A program made the translations under genes and the position numbers. The notes under the pieces were generated by a model, which was given only the letters and a program-made list of their open reading frames with translations, did not search any database and was not told the DNA's origin. 64,000 bases of DNA from Nitrospiraceae bacterium. GTDB taxonomy: Bacteria; Nitrospirota; Nitrospiria; Nitrospirales; UBA2166. This document shows positions 29,597 to 40,391 of this stretch, one piece after another (within the stretch, counting starts at the first letter, position 1; each line of letters opens with the position of its first letter). The DNA lies in contig PBSN01000002.1 of assembly GCA_002726235.1 (NCBI GenBank), forward strand, positions 19,010 to 83,009, written 5' to 3'.

Positions 29597-30544
29597 TCAT
29601 AGTTTATCTCTGTGGCGATTGAGGAATGCGAGAATCCTCGCTGAAAAGTCTTGTGGCTTTTCCTGGGAAAGAAAATGCCCAGCATCGGAATATCGTTCGA
29701 TCTCAGACTGCGGCAATATCAGTTTAAATAAGTTGACATTCTCCGGAGGAATAATGGGATCTTGCTCTCCCCAGGCGAGAAGGACAGGCCCATCAAATGC
29801 CTGCAGGCTCCTTCGAAACATATTTTGGTGATCGAATTGAAACCCTCGCAGTACCTTCTGTAATATTTTTCTGGATTGAATGGTTTTGACATTCATCCAT
29901 ACCCGGTCATCAAACTCGCCCTTACTCTTTTCACCGTCCGCAAACAACGCTCTGCCTAGCATACTGACCATTGGCCGATTGGTGGCATAGACACCCATCC
30001 ATCCCGTCGGCGACCACTTCAGAAACTTGAGCAAAAACGGCATATGAAACGCCTCATTGGTATACCATGTATTGGCGATCACTAAACCGCTAACTTTCTC
30101 AGGGTGCGCCGCAAGCAGTTCAAAACTGATCGGCCCAGCAATATCAGTCACAGCAAATACTGCATGATCGACATTAATGGCTTTCAAAAAATGATTGAGC
30201 CACTCCCCATACGCCGACCAGGAATAGTCCGCATCTCGTGGTCGATCCGAGTAGCCGAACCCGTATAAATCTGGAACAATCACCCGATAGTTTGCAGCCA
30301 AAACGGGGATAAACTTGCGCCATTCCCACGAGGACAGGGGCAACCCATGCAGTAGCACGACCACCGGACCGTTCCCGCGATCAATGTAGAAAGTTTTCTT
30401 ACCGTCAACAGTGACAAAATCCCCTTCAACATATCGAGGATCCTCTGGCCCCCAGAGAATGTCATGCCCAGCACACCCAATGCTCGAAAGGAGGGTGAAG
30501 ACAACGAGAACGCGGAAAATGCCAATGCCCATTGGCTTTCTCAT
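29597..30544 (-). CDS. alpha/beta hydrolase (haloalkane dehalogenase/epoxide hydrolase-like), putative lipoprotein
   Basis: LLHGLP..SWEW, PDLYGFGYSD, Asp nucleophile in VTDIAG, WGEQD, AGHFLSQE; lipobox-like SSIGC. Confidence 0.85.
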   Translation of the reverse strand: MRKPMGIGIFRVLVVFTLLSSIGCAGHDILWGPEDPRYVEGDFVTVDGKKTFYIDRGNGPVVVLLHGLPLSSWEWRKFIPVLAANYRVIVPDLYGFGYSDRPRDADYSWSAYGEWLNHFLKAINVDHAVFAVTDIAGPISFELLAAHPEKVSGLVIANTWYTNEAFHMPFLLKFLKWSPTGWMGVYATNRPMVSMLGRALFADGEKSKGEFDDRVWMNVKTIQSRKILQKVLRGFQFDHQNMFRRSLQAFDGPVLLAWGEQDPIIPPENVNLFKLILPQSEIERYSDAGHFLSQEKPQDFSARILAFLNRHRDKL

Positions 30545-31425
30545 CACTTGAATTTCAGCACCTTCAGGGTCGCAATGTCTTTCCACGCTGACACCATTGT
30601 CGCCCCTTCAGGAATATCTTCTTCATCGTCCTCATCCAACACCATCACTGCTTGGAGTTCTTGGTCTACATACTCCTCAATAGCATCGACATTGCTACTA
30701 ATTCCAGCCTTGATGTTTGTCCAGCCCTCCTCTCTCCACCCTTCAACCTTCGATACCAAGGCACGCGTACCAGGTCGCAGCATAAACACCGGACCGGACG
30801 GAAAAGCATGCTCGGCAAGCCATTCATGTACATCAGGTGATTGGGAGGCACTGCCAACAAAAAGGTACAGCAATGCGGCTCGTTTCGACACGTCAGTGAG
30901 GGCATCGGATGCCCCAGGCATAGGATTGGGAAGGCTACCATGAGTCTGTCCAAACGCTGAAAGATCGAACGGACCGAATTTCGGTTTTTCAACATGCATC
31001 ATGGTAGCCGCAAGTTCAACCAATACGATGGGACGTGTCCGATCCGCACTCCCAATCATCGCTGTATAAGACTGAGCCTTCACACGCTTTCCATGAGCGA
31101 GCCTCACTGTAAACTCCAGTACGCCTTTCTTTTTCGGAACAAACTCCTTCCTCGCCCAACCATCGCCCCCTGTCATTGCCTGACCGATAGACCTCCCATC
31201 GACGAGAAACTCCACGGGTTCACCACCAAGACCGGTTTGCATAAAAAATCGTGTTTTGACCAGTCTTGCGGAAAGCAAGACCGGCTGCTTTGGTTGCGCC
31301 AGAACATCGGAGGCGATGAGTTCAGCCGACTCCCGCGACACTAGAGTTACGTCAGGGACATCTGAGAATCCCCACAGCGCGATGAGGAAAGGAAACAGAA
31401 AAAAACCGAACGCCCTAAATAACAT
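30544..31425 (-). CDS. hypothetical exported protein (Ig-like plus degenerate HAD/LNS2/App1-like domain)
   Basis: Signal peptide; GGEPVEF..TGGDG, PMPGASDAL..V, WLAEHAFPSGPVF resemble App1/LNS2-like domains, but the DxD motif is not evident. Confidence 0.55.
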   Translation of the reverse strand: MLFRAFGFFLFPFLIALWGFSDVPDVTLVSRESAELIASDVLAQPKQPVLLSARLVKTRFFMQTGLGGEPVEFLVDGRSIGQAMTGGDGWARKEFVPKKKGVLEFTVRLAHGKRVKAQSYTAMIGSADRTRPIVLVELAATMMHVEKPKFGPFDLSAFGQTHGSLPNPMPGASDALTDVSKRAALLYLFVGSASQSPDVHEWLAEHAFPSGPVFMLRPGTRALVSKVEGWREEGWTNIKAGISSNVDAIEEYVDQELQAVMVLDEDDEEDIPEGATMVSAWKDIATLKVLKFK

Positions 31426-31520
31426 TCGATGATCTTGAACTTTCCAGAAGAGGCTGGTACAGTTTCCGGCGTTTCGTTGAGGCGATTCCAAAGACATTCC
31501 GACTACAATTCATCACACAG

Positions 31521-31595
<75 letters not shown>

Positions 31596-31762
31596 TCATA
31601 CACTAAAAGATGCAACACCACGCTACCACACAGGTATCATCGCTTATCTCAAACGTTTTCATGAACCCGCCTTCCTGCCAATCATTCTCATCATTAGTCA
31701 CATTCAGCTGGGCTATCAGATAGCGTCGTGATGGCGGTTGTGGCATACTGGACTGCAAGCGT

Positions 31763-33631
31763 TTGATGACAACCAAGGACCCTTGGCAATTAGACTTGGG
31801 AGCTCGCCCCCTCGGCGCTTCCGAGGTTTTCTTCCGCGTTTGGGCTCCGTTTGCCCAAACAGTGTCCGTTCGGGCTTCCGAACGGCAGGGTGATGACTTT
31901 CCCCTTGAGAAACAGGATTTCGGATATTTTCAGGGCACGATTGCTCTGTCGGGTCCAGGTACACGGTATCAGTACATATTGGATGGGGAAAAAGCTCGCC
32001 CGGATCCTGCCTCCCGCTCACAGCCCAACGGTGTTCACAACCCATCAGAAGTCGTGGCAATTACTGGATTCCCTTGGACAGATCAGAACTGGAAGGGCCT
32101 GCCACTCGAAAGACTTATCCTGTACGAACTCCACACAGGTACGTTTACACAGGAAGGAACGTTTGAAGCGATCATTCCGTTCCTCGATTACCTCGCAAAT
32201 GAAGTGGGTGTCACAGCAATTGAATTGATGCCCATCGCGCAATTTCCAGGAACACGTAACTGGGGATACGACGGGGTCTATCCATTTGCTCCCCACAACA
32301 GCTTTGGAGGGGGACAAGGGCTCAAGCAGCTCGTGGATGCGTGCCATGCACGCAATCTCGCAGTCATCCTCGATGTTGTCTACAATCATCTCGGACCTGA
32401 GGGAAACTATCTCGGCGACTTCGGACCCTACTTCACGGACCGCTACCACACACCCTGGGGACAGGCCATCAATTATGACGGAGCAGATAGCGATCCGGTC
32501 CGTCATTATTTTATCAGCAACGCTCGCTACTGGATCACTGAGTACCATATCGATGCTCTCAGACTCGATGCGATTCACGGCATCTTCGATTGCAGGGCGA
32601 TCCACATCCTCGAAGAATTGACATCGGCCGTCCATCAGCTTGGAGAACAACTCGGTCGAAGTGTGCTCGTGATCGCAGAAAGCGATAGCAATGACGCGAA
32701 AGTCATACGGCACACACGCGACGCTGGATATGGTATCGACGCTCAGTGGAGCGATGATTTTCACCATGCACTGCATGCCCTGCTTACTCATGAAACGGTT
32801 GGTTATTACGAAGACTTTGGCCATCTCGATGACCTTTCAACAGCATTCACCGATGGATTTGTCTATCAGGGTCAGGCTTCTGCGTTTCGCAAGCGGCGCC
32901 ACGGAAGTCCAACCAAGGGCTGCGACTCATCACAATTCATCATTTGTTGCCAAAACCATGACCAGATCGGAAACCGGCCTAGAGGTAATCGGTTGAGCAC
33001 CCTTGTTTCAAATGCGGCATTGAAGGTTGCAGCAGCTTCTGTACTCCTCTCCCCAAATACTCCTCTCATTTTTATGGGGGAGGAATATGGAGAAACGGCG
33101 CCATTTTTTTATTTCGTCGATCACGCTGACCCACATCTCCAAGCTACAATCCGCGATGGGCGTCAGGCTGAATACAAAAACTTTGGATGGTTGGAGACTG
33201 GGCCCGATCCAAATACTATTGACGTATTTGAACGTTCGAGAGTTCATCCCGGAGTTCAGACTAATTCCAAACAACAGGCCATACTACGATGGTATCGCCG
33301 GCTGATCAGTCTTAGAAATCAAGTCCCTGCCCTAGGAACTTCAAAAGGAGGAATGCTTAGCCTATGGACCTTTCCTGAGCGAGTGCTTATCATGCATCGC
33401 TGGGCCTCCGATGGACCTCAGGCAATTGTGGTTTTGGGATTCAACCCTGCCCCAACGGAAATCAACATATGTGCTCCAAAAGGAACATGGACACGGGCAC
33501 TTGATGCCTCATCGGAAAAAAACGGAGTGACGGGTCAAGCGAACATGCCAAAAGAACTTACCATTGATGCCAAGGGTCAATCCATCCCTATCCCAAGCTT
33601 CACCGCGACGGTATATCTAACATCGTGTTGA
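31763..33631 (+). CDS. treZ: malto-oligosyltrehalose trehalohydrolase
   Basis: FRVWAP, RPDPASRSQP.GVH, WGYDGV, DVVYNHLGPEGNYL, RLDAIH, QWSDDFHH, QNHDQIGNR. Confidence 0.95.
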   Translation: MMTTKDPWQLDLGARPLGASEVFFRVWAPFAQTVSVRASERQGDDFPLEKQDFGYFQGTIALSGPGTRYQYILDGEKARPDPASRSQPNGVHNPSEVVAITGFPWTDQNWKGLPLERLILYELHTGTFTQEGTFEAIIPFLDYLANEVGVTAIELMPIAQFPGTRNWGYDGVYPFAPHNSFGGGQGLKQLVDACHARNLAVILDVVYNHLGPEGNYLGDFGPYFTDRYHTPWGQAINYDGADSDPVRHYFISNARYWITEYHIDALRLDAIHGIFDCRAIHILEELTSAVHQLGEQLGRSVLVIAESDSNDAKVIRHTRDAGYGIDAQWSDDFHHALHALLTHETVGYYEDFGHLDDLSTAFTDGFVYQGQASAFRKRRHGSPTKGCDSSQFIICCQNHDQIGNRPRGNRLSTLVSNAALKVAAASVLLSPNTPLIFMGEEYGETAPFFYFVDHADPHLQATIRDGRQAEYKNFGWLETGPDPNTIDVFERSRVHPGVQTNSKQQAILRWYRRLISLRNQVPALGTSKGGMLSLWTFPERVLIMHRWASDGPQAIVVLGFNPAPTEINICAPKGTWTRALDASSEKNGVTGQANMPKELTIDAKGQSIPIPSFTATVYLTSC

Positions 33632-33728
33632 AAAATAATTCCCGAGCCATCAAGGGCCTGGCAATGCGAAAGTCCATGCTGACACCACACTCGTCCGCAG
33701 AATGACCTCCAATTCGCGTTAATAAGTC

Positions 33729-35963
33729 GTGAGCTTACACACCACATCTCCACGAAAACACCTGAGGAAGAGCGTTGACCAATTCGCCGCTGTCATCATT
33801 CGGATGGGGGGAATCGGGATCATTCTCAGCATCCTTGGAATTTTTGTATTTCTTGTAGCACAAGTCATTCCACTATTCCTTTCCCCAACCGGCTCTTTGG
33901 CTCGGAAAATTGATACTGGCGCCACACCAACTAGCTTTCCACAAGCAACACTTGTTGGCATCGATGCCCGCCAATCACTCTCCTATGTTCTCACGCCAAA
34001 TACCATTTCATTTCGCCAGCTGCCATCAGGAAATGTTTATCCGGTCACACTTCCAATAGCGCTTGAAGAGGCAAACATCACCGCAGTCACACACATGACA
34101 GGAGCCACGCAGTGGTTGGCGCTCGGAACCGATGATGGGCACATTATCCCAATGCGTATTCGATTTCGCTCGGTTTTCGATACCGCCGGAACACAAGAGA
34201 CAATTCCACAAATGTCGGTCGAACCAGCATTCGCAATCGATCCAACTCACGCACCAATCATCCGATTGGCTTATCAACATGACGATGACGGCATCTCTGC
34301 CATTGCCCTCAACAACCAAGGGCACCTTTGGTATGGAACATTTCGAACGCTCGACCATGGCTATGAATCCGTACAGCCTCCCGTCGACCTTTCGCCCCAC
34401 ATCACCGGGACGATCACATCACTTGTCATGGATGGGTCTGGGGAGATATTTGCTGCGGGCACATCCAACGGTGAACTCTACTACTGGAAAACACAATACG
34501 ATGCCCCTCCAGTGCTAATCGGAGCGTATCGTGTTGCTCCAGCAGGAGTCGCAATCACCGCCATCGCGTACTTGATTGGAGACCGCTCTCTGATTATCGG
34601 AACGGCGAAGGGATCCGTGTCAGCATGGGCCGAATTGTCCGGCCGGCAAGACCCTGCCCACTCACGACTCCACGCTATTCACCACCTCGCTCCACACTCA
34701 ACACCCGTCACCGTCATTGCCCCTTCGCAACGGAATAAGGGTTTCATCACAAGCGATACCACTGGCAATTTACATATCCACCATGCCACATCGGAACAGA
34801 CACTTTTGCGTATTCCAGGAAATGGCACTGCAATCACAGCACTCATGTTCGCACCAAAAGCCAACGGAGCTGTGGCTCTCGCGGCCGACGGCAACCTCAT
34901 GGCATACGATATCAAAAACCCCCACCCCGAGATCACACTTGGAACGCTCTTTGGAAAGGTCTGGTATGAAGGCTATGACGAGCCAGAGTTCGTATGGCAA
35001 TCCTCAGGAGCAACTGACGATGTTGAACCGAAGTTCAGCCTGACCCCCATCACCATTGGCACGCTCAAGGGAACGTTTTATGCCTTGCTCCTCGCAGTGC
35101 CTATAGCCTTACTCAGCGCGATCTACACCTCGATGTTCATGCATCCATCACTACGCGCCACACTCAAGCCAAGCATTGAAACCATGGCAGCATTACCCAC
35201 TGTTGTACTAGGGTTTCTCGCTGGTCTTTGGCTTGCGCCGCTCATTGAGGACATGTTTCCAGCCTTAGTGGGAATGTTGATCGTCATCCCATGCAGCGTT
35301 CTCACTGTGAGCCTGCTCTGGCAACTAGTACCAAGTCCAACACGAAAACGCATGCCCCAGGGAATGGAAGCACTCATCCTCATTCCGATTATCGGAGGAG
35401 CTGCCACTCTGTGCTATCTCAACACACCATTCTTTGAGCAAGGGCTTTTCGGCGGAGACTACAAAGGGTGGCTTGATACATCGCTAGGCCTGTCGTATGA
35501 CCAACGCAATGCCATTATCATTGGATTCGCGATGGGATTCGCCATTATCCCAATAATCTACAGCATCTCAGAAGAGGCGCTCTCAAATGTGCCAAAACGC
35601 CTGATCGCGGCATCACTTGGCCTCGGAGCCACCCCATGGCAAACCTTGACCAGACTTGTACTTGTAGCTGCAGCCCCTGGGATTTTCGCGGCCATTATGA
35701 TGGGGTTCGGACGGGCCGTCGGTGAAACAATGATCGTCCTCATGGCCACGGGGAACACGCCTATCATGGACATGAACCCATTCAACGGTTTTCGAACACT
35801 TGCGGCAAACATTGCGGTAGAAATTCCGGAGGCACCGCAGGGAGGCACCTTATACCGCACATTGTTCATAGCGGCACTCCTTCTCTTTATAATGACATTC
35901 GTGACGAATACAATCGCCGAAATGATTCGACAGCGGTTGCGTAAACAGTACAGCCAATTCTGA
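33729..35963 (+). CDS. pstC: phosphate ABC transporter permease PstC-type with periplasmic WD40-like domain
   Basis: GKVWYEGYDEP..WQSS, MAALPTVVLGF, GRAVGETMIVLMATGN, RTLAANIAVEIPEA. Confidence 0.9.
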   Translation: MSLHTTSPRKHLRKSVDQFAAVIIRMGGIGIILSILGIFVFLVAQVIPLFLSPTGSLARKIDTGATPTSFPQATLVGIDARQSLSYVLTPNTISFRQLPSGNVYPVTLPIALEEANITAVTHMTGATQWLALGTDDGHIIPMRIRFRSVFDTAGTQETIPQMSVEPAFAIDPTHAPIIRLAYQHDDDGISAIALNNQGHLWYGTFRTLDHGYESVQPPVDLSPHITGTITSLVMDGSGEIFAAGTSNGELYYWKTQYDAPPVLIGAYRVAPAGVAITAIAYLIGDRSLIIGTAKGSVSAWAELSGRQDPAHSRLHAIHHLAPHSTPVTVIAPSQRNKGFITSDTTGNLHIHHATSEQTLLRIPGNGTAITALMFAPKANGAVALAADGNLMAYDIKNPHPEITLGTLFGKVWYEGYDEPEFVWQSSGATDDVEPKFSLTPITIGTLKGTFYALLLAVPIALLSAIYTSMFMHPSLRATLKPSIETMAALPTVVLGFLAGLWLAPLIEDMFPALVGMLIVIPCSVLTVSLLWQLVPSPTRKRMPQGMEALILIPIIGGAATLCYLNTPFFEQGLFGGDYKGWLDTSLGLSYDQRNAIIIGFAMGFAIIPIIYSISEEALSNVPKRLIAASLGLGATPWQTLTRLVLVAAAPGIFAAIMMGFGRAVGETMIVLMATGNTPIMDMNPFNGFRTLAANIAVEIPEAPQGGTLYRTLFIAALLLFIMTFVTNTIAEMIRQRLRKQYSQF

Positions 35964-36093
35964 GAATCCCTTTGCAAAACACTATCCTGAACACCTCAAC
36001 AGTTCACAATGTTCATATGCGTCGTACGCATTCCGCTTGTTTGTCAATAACTGTCTTGCCAGAATGCGCAATTATGTATTTTTCAAGTGGCTC
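35962..36093. repeat. degenerate inverted-repeat-bounded intergenic element (second family)
   Basis: Left GAGAATCCCTTTGCAAAA pairs imperfectly with right TTTTTCAAGTGGCTC; central near-palindrome ATGCGTCGTACGCAT. Confidence 0.45.
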
Positions 36094-36111
36094 CGAAGGC
36101 GTATAGATATA

Positions 36112-37767
36112 ATGAAAGCATGGTTCAGAAAAGTCATTGCCTCAGGTGACCTGTTTATTTGGGGTAGTGGCGCAGGGCTTGCCATTGCTCTGCTCATGGT
36201 CATCGGGCTTGTAGCGCTAATCGGCATAAATGGATTGGGATTCTTTTGGACTTCAGACGTATTGGAGCTTACGCTTGATGATGGAACGCGCGTCATCGGC
36301 GAACTCACAGGATCCGAACAAATCCCCAACTCTGTTACCCCAGAACACCCACAGGGTCAGACGAGAATTCAGATTAAAGTGGGCAACCGCGATCTTTACG
36401 GACAAGACTTTCGATGGATTGATGAAGCTCGAATTATCACACGGACAACGCCTCCCGATGTCGTGCTACTGGAACGACAAGAGTGGGGGAATATGTACGC
36501 GCGCATTCAAGCAATCCACGCGCAGGGCTCCCCCATCGCCGCAGGAGGAGATGCCGGATGGAATGCCCTCCTACCGCTCATCGACAATGCCACCATGCTA
36601 CGCACTCAAATTCGCCATATTGAGAAGAGTGAAATTGGAAGTCTCAGTGACGCAATCGAGCGAGCTCGATTGAAGATACGAAAGCTTGAACTGGCGCTGC
36701 CGCAAGAGCAGAAACTTCAGAACGCCAACCCAGAACGCTACACGCAACTGCACGCCACCATCAACAATGCAGAGGCGCAATATCATAAGCATATCGCTTC
36801 ACTGGAAAAATTATATGTCGATTTGGACACCCATACCGCCATTCTCATCGACAGCAACGGTCTCGAGACATCCCTGCCCATTGGCAAAATCATTCGCGCG
36901 CTGCGTCCGAATTCAATGAGTTTCCATGAGAAAACTTGGATCTATATCGTCAACGTATGGGAGGTCTTGACCGGCGAACCACGGGAAGCCAATACCGAAG
37001 GAGGGCTTTTCCCCGCAATTATGGGGACGGTGATGATGGTCCTAGTCACGAGTATCATCGTGGTCCCATTTGGAGTGATTACCGCGTTGTACCTTGGCGA
37101 ATACGCCCGGCAAGGCGTCATCGTGAAAATCGTCAGAATCGCAATCAATAACCTTGCCGGCATCCCATCAATCGTACTCGGGATCTTTGGACTTGGATTT
37201 TTTATCTATGTCGTTGGCGGAACAATTGACACATTCTTCTTTGCTGAAACCCTTCCCAATCCAACCTTTGGGACTGGAGGTCTGTTGTGGGCATCCTTTA
37301 CACTCGCACTCCTAACCGTGCCAGTGGCTATTGTTTCAACCGAAGAAGGCTTATCTGCGGTTCCACGTGATTACCGGGAGGCCTCGGTAGGGCTCGGAGC
37401 CACAAAATTTGAAACCATCTGGCACGTTGTGCTCCCAGTCGCGATGCCGGGGATTTTGACAGGATTCATCCTTGCCATTGCCAGGGCAACCGGCGAAGTC
37501 GCACCACTGATGCTGACCGGAGTCGTCAAATTAGCTCCGGAGCTTCCCTTGGATACGACTTTTCCATTTGTGCACCTTGATCGGAAATTTATGCACCTTG
37601 GTTTTCACATCTATGATGTTGGGTTTCAATCTCCAAACGTTGAAGCCGCCATGCCAATGATTTACGTCACAACCTTAGTCCTCCTTATCATAGTCGTCAC
37701 GCTGAACCTTCTCGCCATTGCACTCCGCCAGCGTCTTCGAAAGAAGTATGCCGGTTCTACGGTCTAG
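36112..37767 (+). CDS. pstA: phosphate ABC transporter permease PstA
   Basis: EPREANTEGGLFPAI.GT, NNLAGIPSIV, ARATGEVAPL. Start trimmed to MKAWFRK. Confidence 0.93.
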   Translation: MKAWFRKVIASGDLFIWGSGAGLAIALLMVIGLVALIGINGLGFFWTSDVLELTLDDGTRVIGELTGSEQIPNSVTPEHPQGQTRIQIKVGNRDLYGQDFRWIDEARIITRTTPPDVVLLERQEWGNMYARIQAIHAQGSPIAAGGDAGWNALLPLIDNATMLRTQIRHIEKSEIGSLSDAIERARLKIRKLELALPQEQKLQNANPERYTQLHATINNAEAQYHKHIASLEKLYVDLDTHTAILIDSNGLETSLPIGKIIRALRPNSMSFHEKTWIYIVNVWEVLTGEPREANTEGGLFPAIMGTVMMVLVTSIIVVPFGVITALYLGEYARQGVIVKIVRIAINNLAGIPSIVLGIFGLGFFIYVVGGTIDTFFFAETLPNPTFGTGGLLWASFTLALLTVPVAIVSTEEGLSAVPRDYREASVGLGATKFETIWHVVLPVAMPGILTGFILAIARATGEVAPLMLTGVVKLAPELPLDTTFPFVHLDRKFMHLGFHIYDVGFQSPNVEAAMPMIYVTTLVLLIIVVTLNLLAIALRQRLRKKYAGSTV

Positions 37768-37949
37768 CAAGGTGTTGGAAAAACTCAAAAATCATCAGAA
37801 ACCGATTATTCTATACGCCAGACTTAAAACACCAGTGGAGAGATAGGATGTTCAAAAAAGTCCATTCAGCAATTCCGCAAGCCACCAGCACATGAGCACG
37901 ATAACGGACCAAGGACGTCACTGGAAGCCTTTTTCAACATACCTACTAG
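37764..37949. mobile_element. degenerate MITE-like dispersed repeat, copy 2 (CTAG at both ends)
   Basis: Left CTAGCAAGGTGTTGGAAAAA and right CTTTTTCAACATACCTACTAG are imperfect inverted repeats. Internal AGGATGTTCAAAAAAG. The left CTAG contains the pstA stop. Confidence 0.75.
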
Positions 37950-37960
37950 GTACGTAATCC

Positions 37961-38824
37961 ATGGCATCTGAAGACACACCACGTCGCGGACACACTCACG
38001 CACACATGTTAAATATTGTGGAATCCCCCCCCGAACAAACCAGCACCCCAGTGAAACGACCCAGCAATGCAGAACCGAAAGTGCTCATACAAGATGTGAA
38101 TTTCTTTTACGGGAACGTCCAAGCGTTGTGGGCTATCAACTTAGCTATTCCAACACGACAAATCACCGCCTTGATCGGTCCTTCAGGATGCGGGAAGTCT
38201 ACCCTCCTTCGCTGCCTAAACCGCTTAAATGACTTGATTGAAGAAGCGCGTCTGGAGGGAGCGATCCTTCTCGACAACCTGAATATTCACGATCCTCAAC
38301 TCGACATCACAGATCTGCGAAAACGCGTCGGGATGGTATTTCAACGGTCAAATCCATTCCCAAAATCAATCTATGAGAACGTGGTCTATGGACCCCGGCT
38401 TCAAGGAATTAAAAATCGCGCCGAGCTGGACGTTATCGCGGAAAAGAGTTTAACCGAGGCTGGCTTGTGGGATGAAGTGAATGATCGCTTGGCGAAAAGC
38501 GCATTGGGACTATCCGGCGGGCAGCAACAACGCTTGTGCATTGCCAGAGCTCTGGCAGTCGAACCGGACGTCTTGCTGATGGACGAACCCTGTTCTTCCC
38601 TTGACCCTATCGCGACAGGAAAAATTGAAGAGTTGCTCTTTTCGCTCAAAAACACACTCACGATTATTATTGTGACTCACAACATGCAACAAGCCGCCCG
38701 AATCTCAGACCATACCGGATTCCTACTGATGGGCGAACTAGTCGAATTTGGAGAAACGAAAACGATCTTCACCGTCCCAACTGATCCCCGAACAGAAGAC
38801 TATATCACCGGTCGATTTGGGTAG
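37961..38824 (+). CDS. pstB: phosphate ABC transporter ATP-binding protein
   Basis: [37 protein letters not shown]. Confidence 0.97.
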   Translation: MASEDTPRRGHTHAHMLNIVESPPEQTSTPVKRPSNAEPKVLIQDVNFFYGNVQALWAINLAIPTRQITALIGPSGCGKSTLLRCLNRLNDLIEEARLEGAILLDNLNIHDPQLDITDLRKRVGMVFQRSNPFPKSIYENVVYGPRLQGIKNRAELDVIAEKSLTEAGLWDEVNDRLAKSALGLSGGQQQRLCIARALAVEPDVLLMDEPCSSLDPIATGKIEELLFSLKNTLTIIIVTHNMQQAARISDHTGFLLMGELVEFGETKTIFTVPTDPRTEDYITGRFG

Positions 38825-38828
38825 ACCG

Positions 38829-39548
38829 TTATTTTACTTGTCCTTCAGCCTCACCGGTAAGAGGAACAAAGCGCACACTGCTGATTTGTGAGATCCTGAA
38901 CTCTCCCCTGATCTTCTCTCCCAACGTGAGATTTTGCGACCGGTTTGTATCCCCAACGGGCATAATCAAACGGCCACCCTCCTTGAGCTGTTCAATGAGC
39001 GGAACAGGAATGTGGTCTGCCGCTGCAGTGACGATAATTTTGTCAAAGGGAGCGAATTCATCCCAACCTTTGTAGCCATCACCATATTTAACCAAAACCG
39101 TTGTATGCCCAAGACTTGCTAATGACGAACGCGACAAATTCGCCAACTCCTCAATAATCTCAATGGAGTAGACTTGATCCGTGAGTTCAGCCAGAACAGC
39201 CGCTTGGTATCCCGACCCAGTGCCCACCTCCAACACTTTTTCCCCATGTTCAACACCGAGATGCTGCATCATTAGCGCAACAACGTAAGGCTGTGAAATA
39301 GTCTGACCATAGCCAATAGGTAATGGCTGGTCTGAATACGCCGCATCCCAATATTGCTGTGGGACAAAGCGATGGCGTGGGACAACAGCCATAGCACGAA
39401 GCGTGGGAACATCGGTGATGTCACGAGTGACAAGATCCCGTTCGACCATTTGAATTCGCAATTCATGGAACAAATCGTGATCGGGTTTAGGGGTCGTACA
39501 GAAAGCTAGCATCCCAGCAACTCCCAAAAGAAGCACAGCGAAGAACAT
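38829..39548 (-). CDS. pcm: protein-L-isoaspartate O-methyltransferase (with signal/lipoprotein-like N-terminus)
   Basis: VPRHRFV, PLPIGYGQTISQP, VLEVGTGSGYQAA, APFDKIIVTAA, VRFVPL. Confidence 0.95.
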   Translation of the reverse strand: MFFAVLLLGVAGMLAFCTTPKPDHDLFHELRIQMVERDLVTRDITDVPTLRAMAVVPRHRFVPQQYWDAAYSDQPLPIGYGQTISQPYVVALMMQHLGVEHGEKVLEVGTGSGYQAAVLAELTDQVYSIEIIEELANLSRSSLASLGHTTVLVKYGDGYKGWDEFAPFDKIIVTAAADHIPVPLIEQLKEGGRLIMPVGDTNRSQNLTLGEKIRGEFRISQISSVRFVPLTGEAEGQVK

Positions 39549-39954
39549 CCTGCCAAGGCGAAGATACTCCCACAAATCAAGCACCTACAGGCCCCCTATG
39601 CGAACCACTGACAGCAATGAAAAATAGCTCCCCATGTTGGACGAGTTTCGGAACTATTGCTTTTCGCCAACATCCGCCGGAGGCTGTCCTACTGCTTACT
39701 CAGGACATCTTTAATTTTAGAGCAATATAATGCGCAATGGTAGTGAGTAGAGCGTGCCGCTTTGATTGAGTGAATTTCGCACCCGATTCAACAGCGTCTG
39801 ACCGGTAGCCTCACCGTGTTTTTTGGTGAGGACTTCCCAAGCATCGGATTGGGTTTCCTATATTGCAACTCTGTGCATATATGCAGATTCATGCTGTTTC
39901 CTGATAAGCAAATTCTCGAACGTCGATCTTGCCAAATGGGTTGAATCGAGGAAA

Positions 39955-40030
39955 TGGCTCCCCGGGCAGGGCTCGAACCTGCGACAAGTCGGTTAACAGC
40001 CGACTGCTCTACCAACTGAGCTACCGGGGA
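39955..40030 (-). tRNA. tRNA-Asn(GTT)
   Basis: Reverse complement TCCCCGGTAGCTCAGTTGGTAGAGCAGTCGGCTGTTAACCGAC...GGTTCGAGCCCTGCCCGGGGAGCCA. Confidence 0.97.
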
Positions 40031-40137
40031 ACACTATGTAATGTGCGAGATTTGAGGTTCGGAGTATACTCGAAACGTAATCGTGGGTCCACGACAGTGG
40101 CATGAAACTACGAAAAATCTAAGTGAGTACTGTGTCG

Positions 40138-40362
40138 CTAATCCATCATAGGCGTTTCATCAAACCCAGCATAGTGTTTGGCCCAGGAAAGGTAGATTGC
40201 ACCACTATCTCTCATGGCAGCTTTCATTTTGATGGCACGATCCAAATTCTCACCACCAACCTCGGAAGCGTGCAGTTCTTGCACATAGCGATCAAAGGCT
40301 CCATTCAAACGTTCCATGGCCAACTCAACTTCAGCTACTGCAACTCTTACATCTTCAGTCAT
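40138..40362 (-). CDS. small hypothetical protein at the end of the for operon
   Basis: 74-aa helical ORF 29 bp downstream of the ferredoxin subunit, with SD-like GAGG. Confidence 0.7.
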   Translation of the reverse strand: MTEDVRVAVAEVELAMERLNGAFDRYVQELHASEVGGENLDRAIKMKAAMRDSGAIYLSWAKHYAGFDETPMMD

Positions 40363-40391
40363 CGCCTCTTACTCGTTTTTTGAGATCACAT

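Noticed and set aside
32045..32824. 259-aa antisense ORF and similar long shadow ORFs (e.g. 7830-8603, 18138-18740, 19304-19915)
   Set aside because: They lie wholly opposite well-supported genes and have no motifs.
36037..36111. PstA N-terminal extension
   Set aside because: Falls inside the intergenic repeat; ATG 36112 fits better.
39788..40015. 75-aa ORF
   Set aside because: Starts within tRNA-Asn; a spurious translation of the tRNA.
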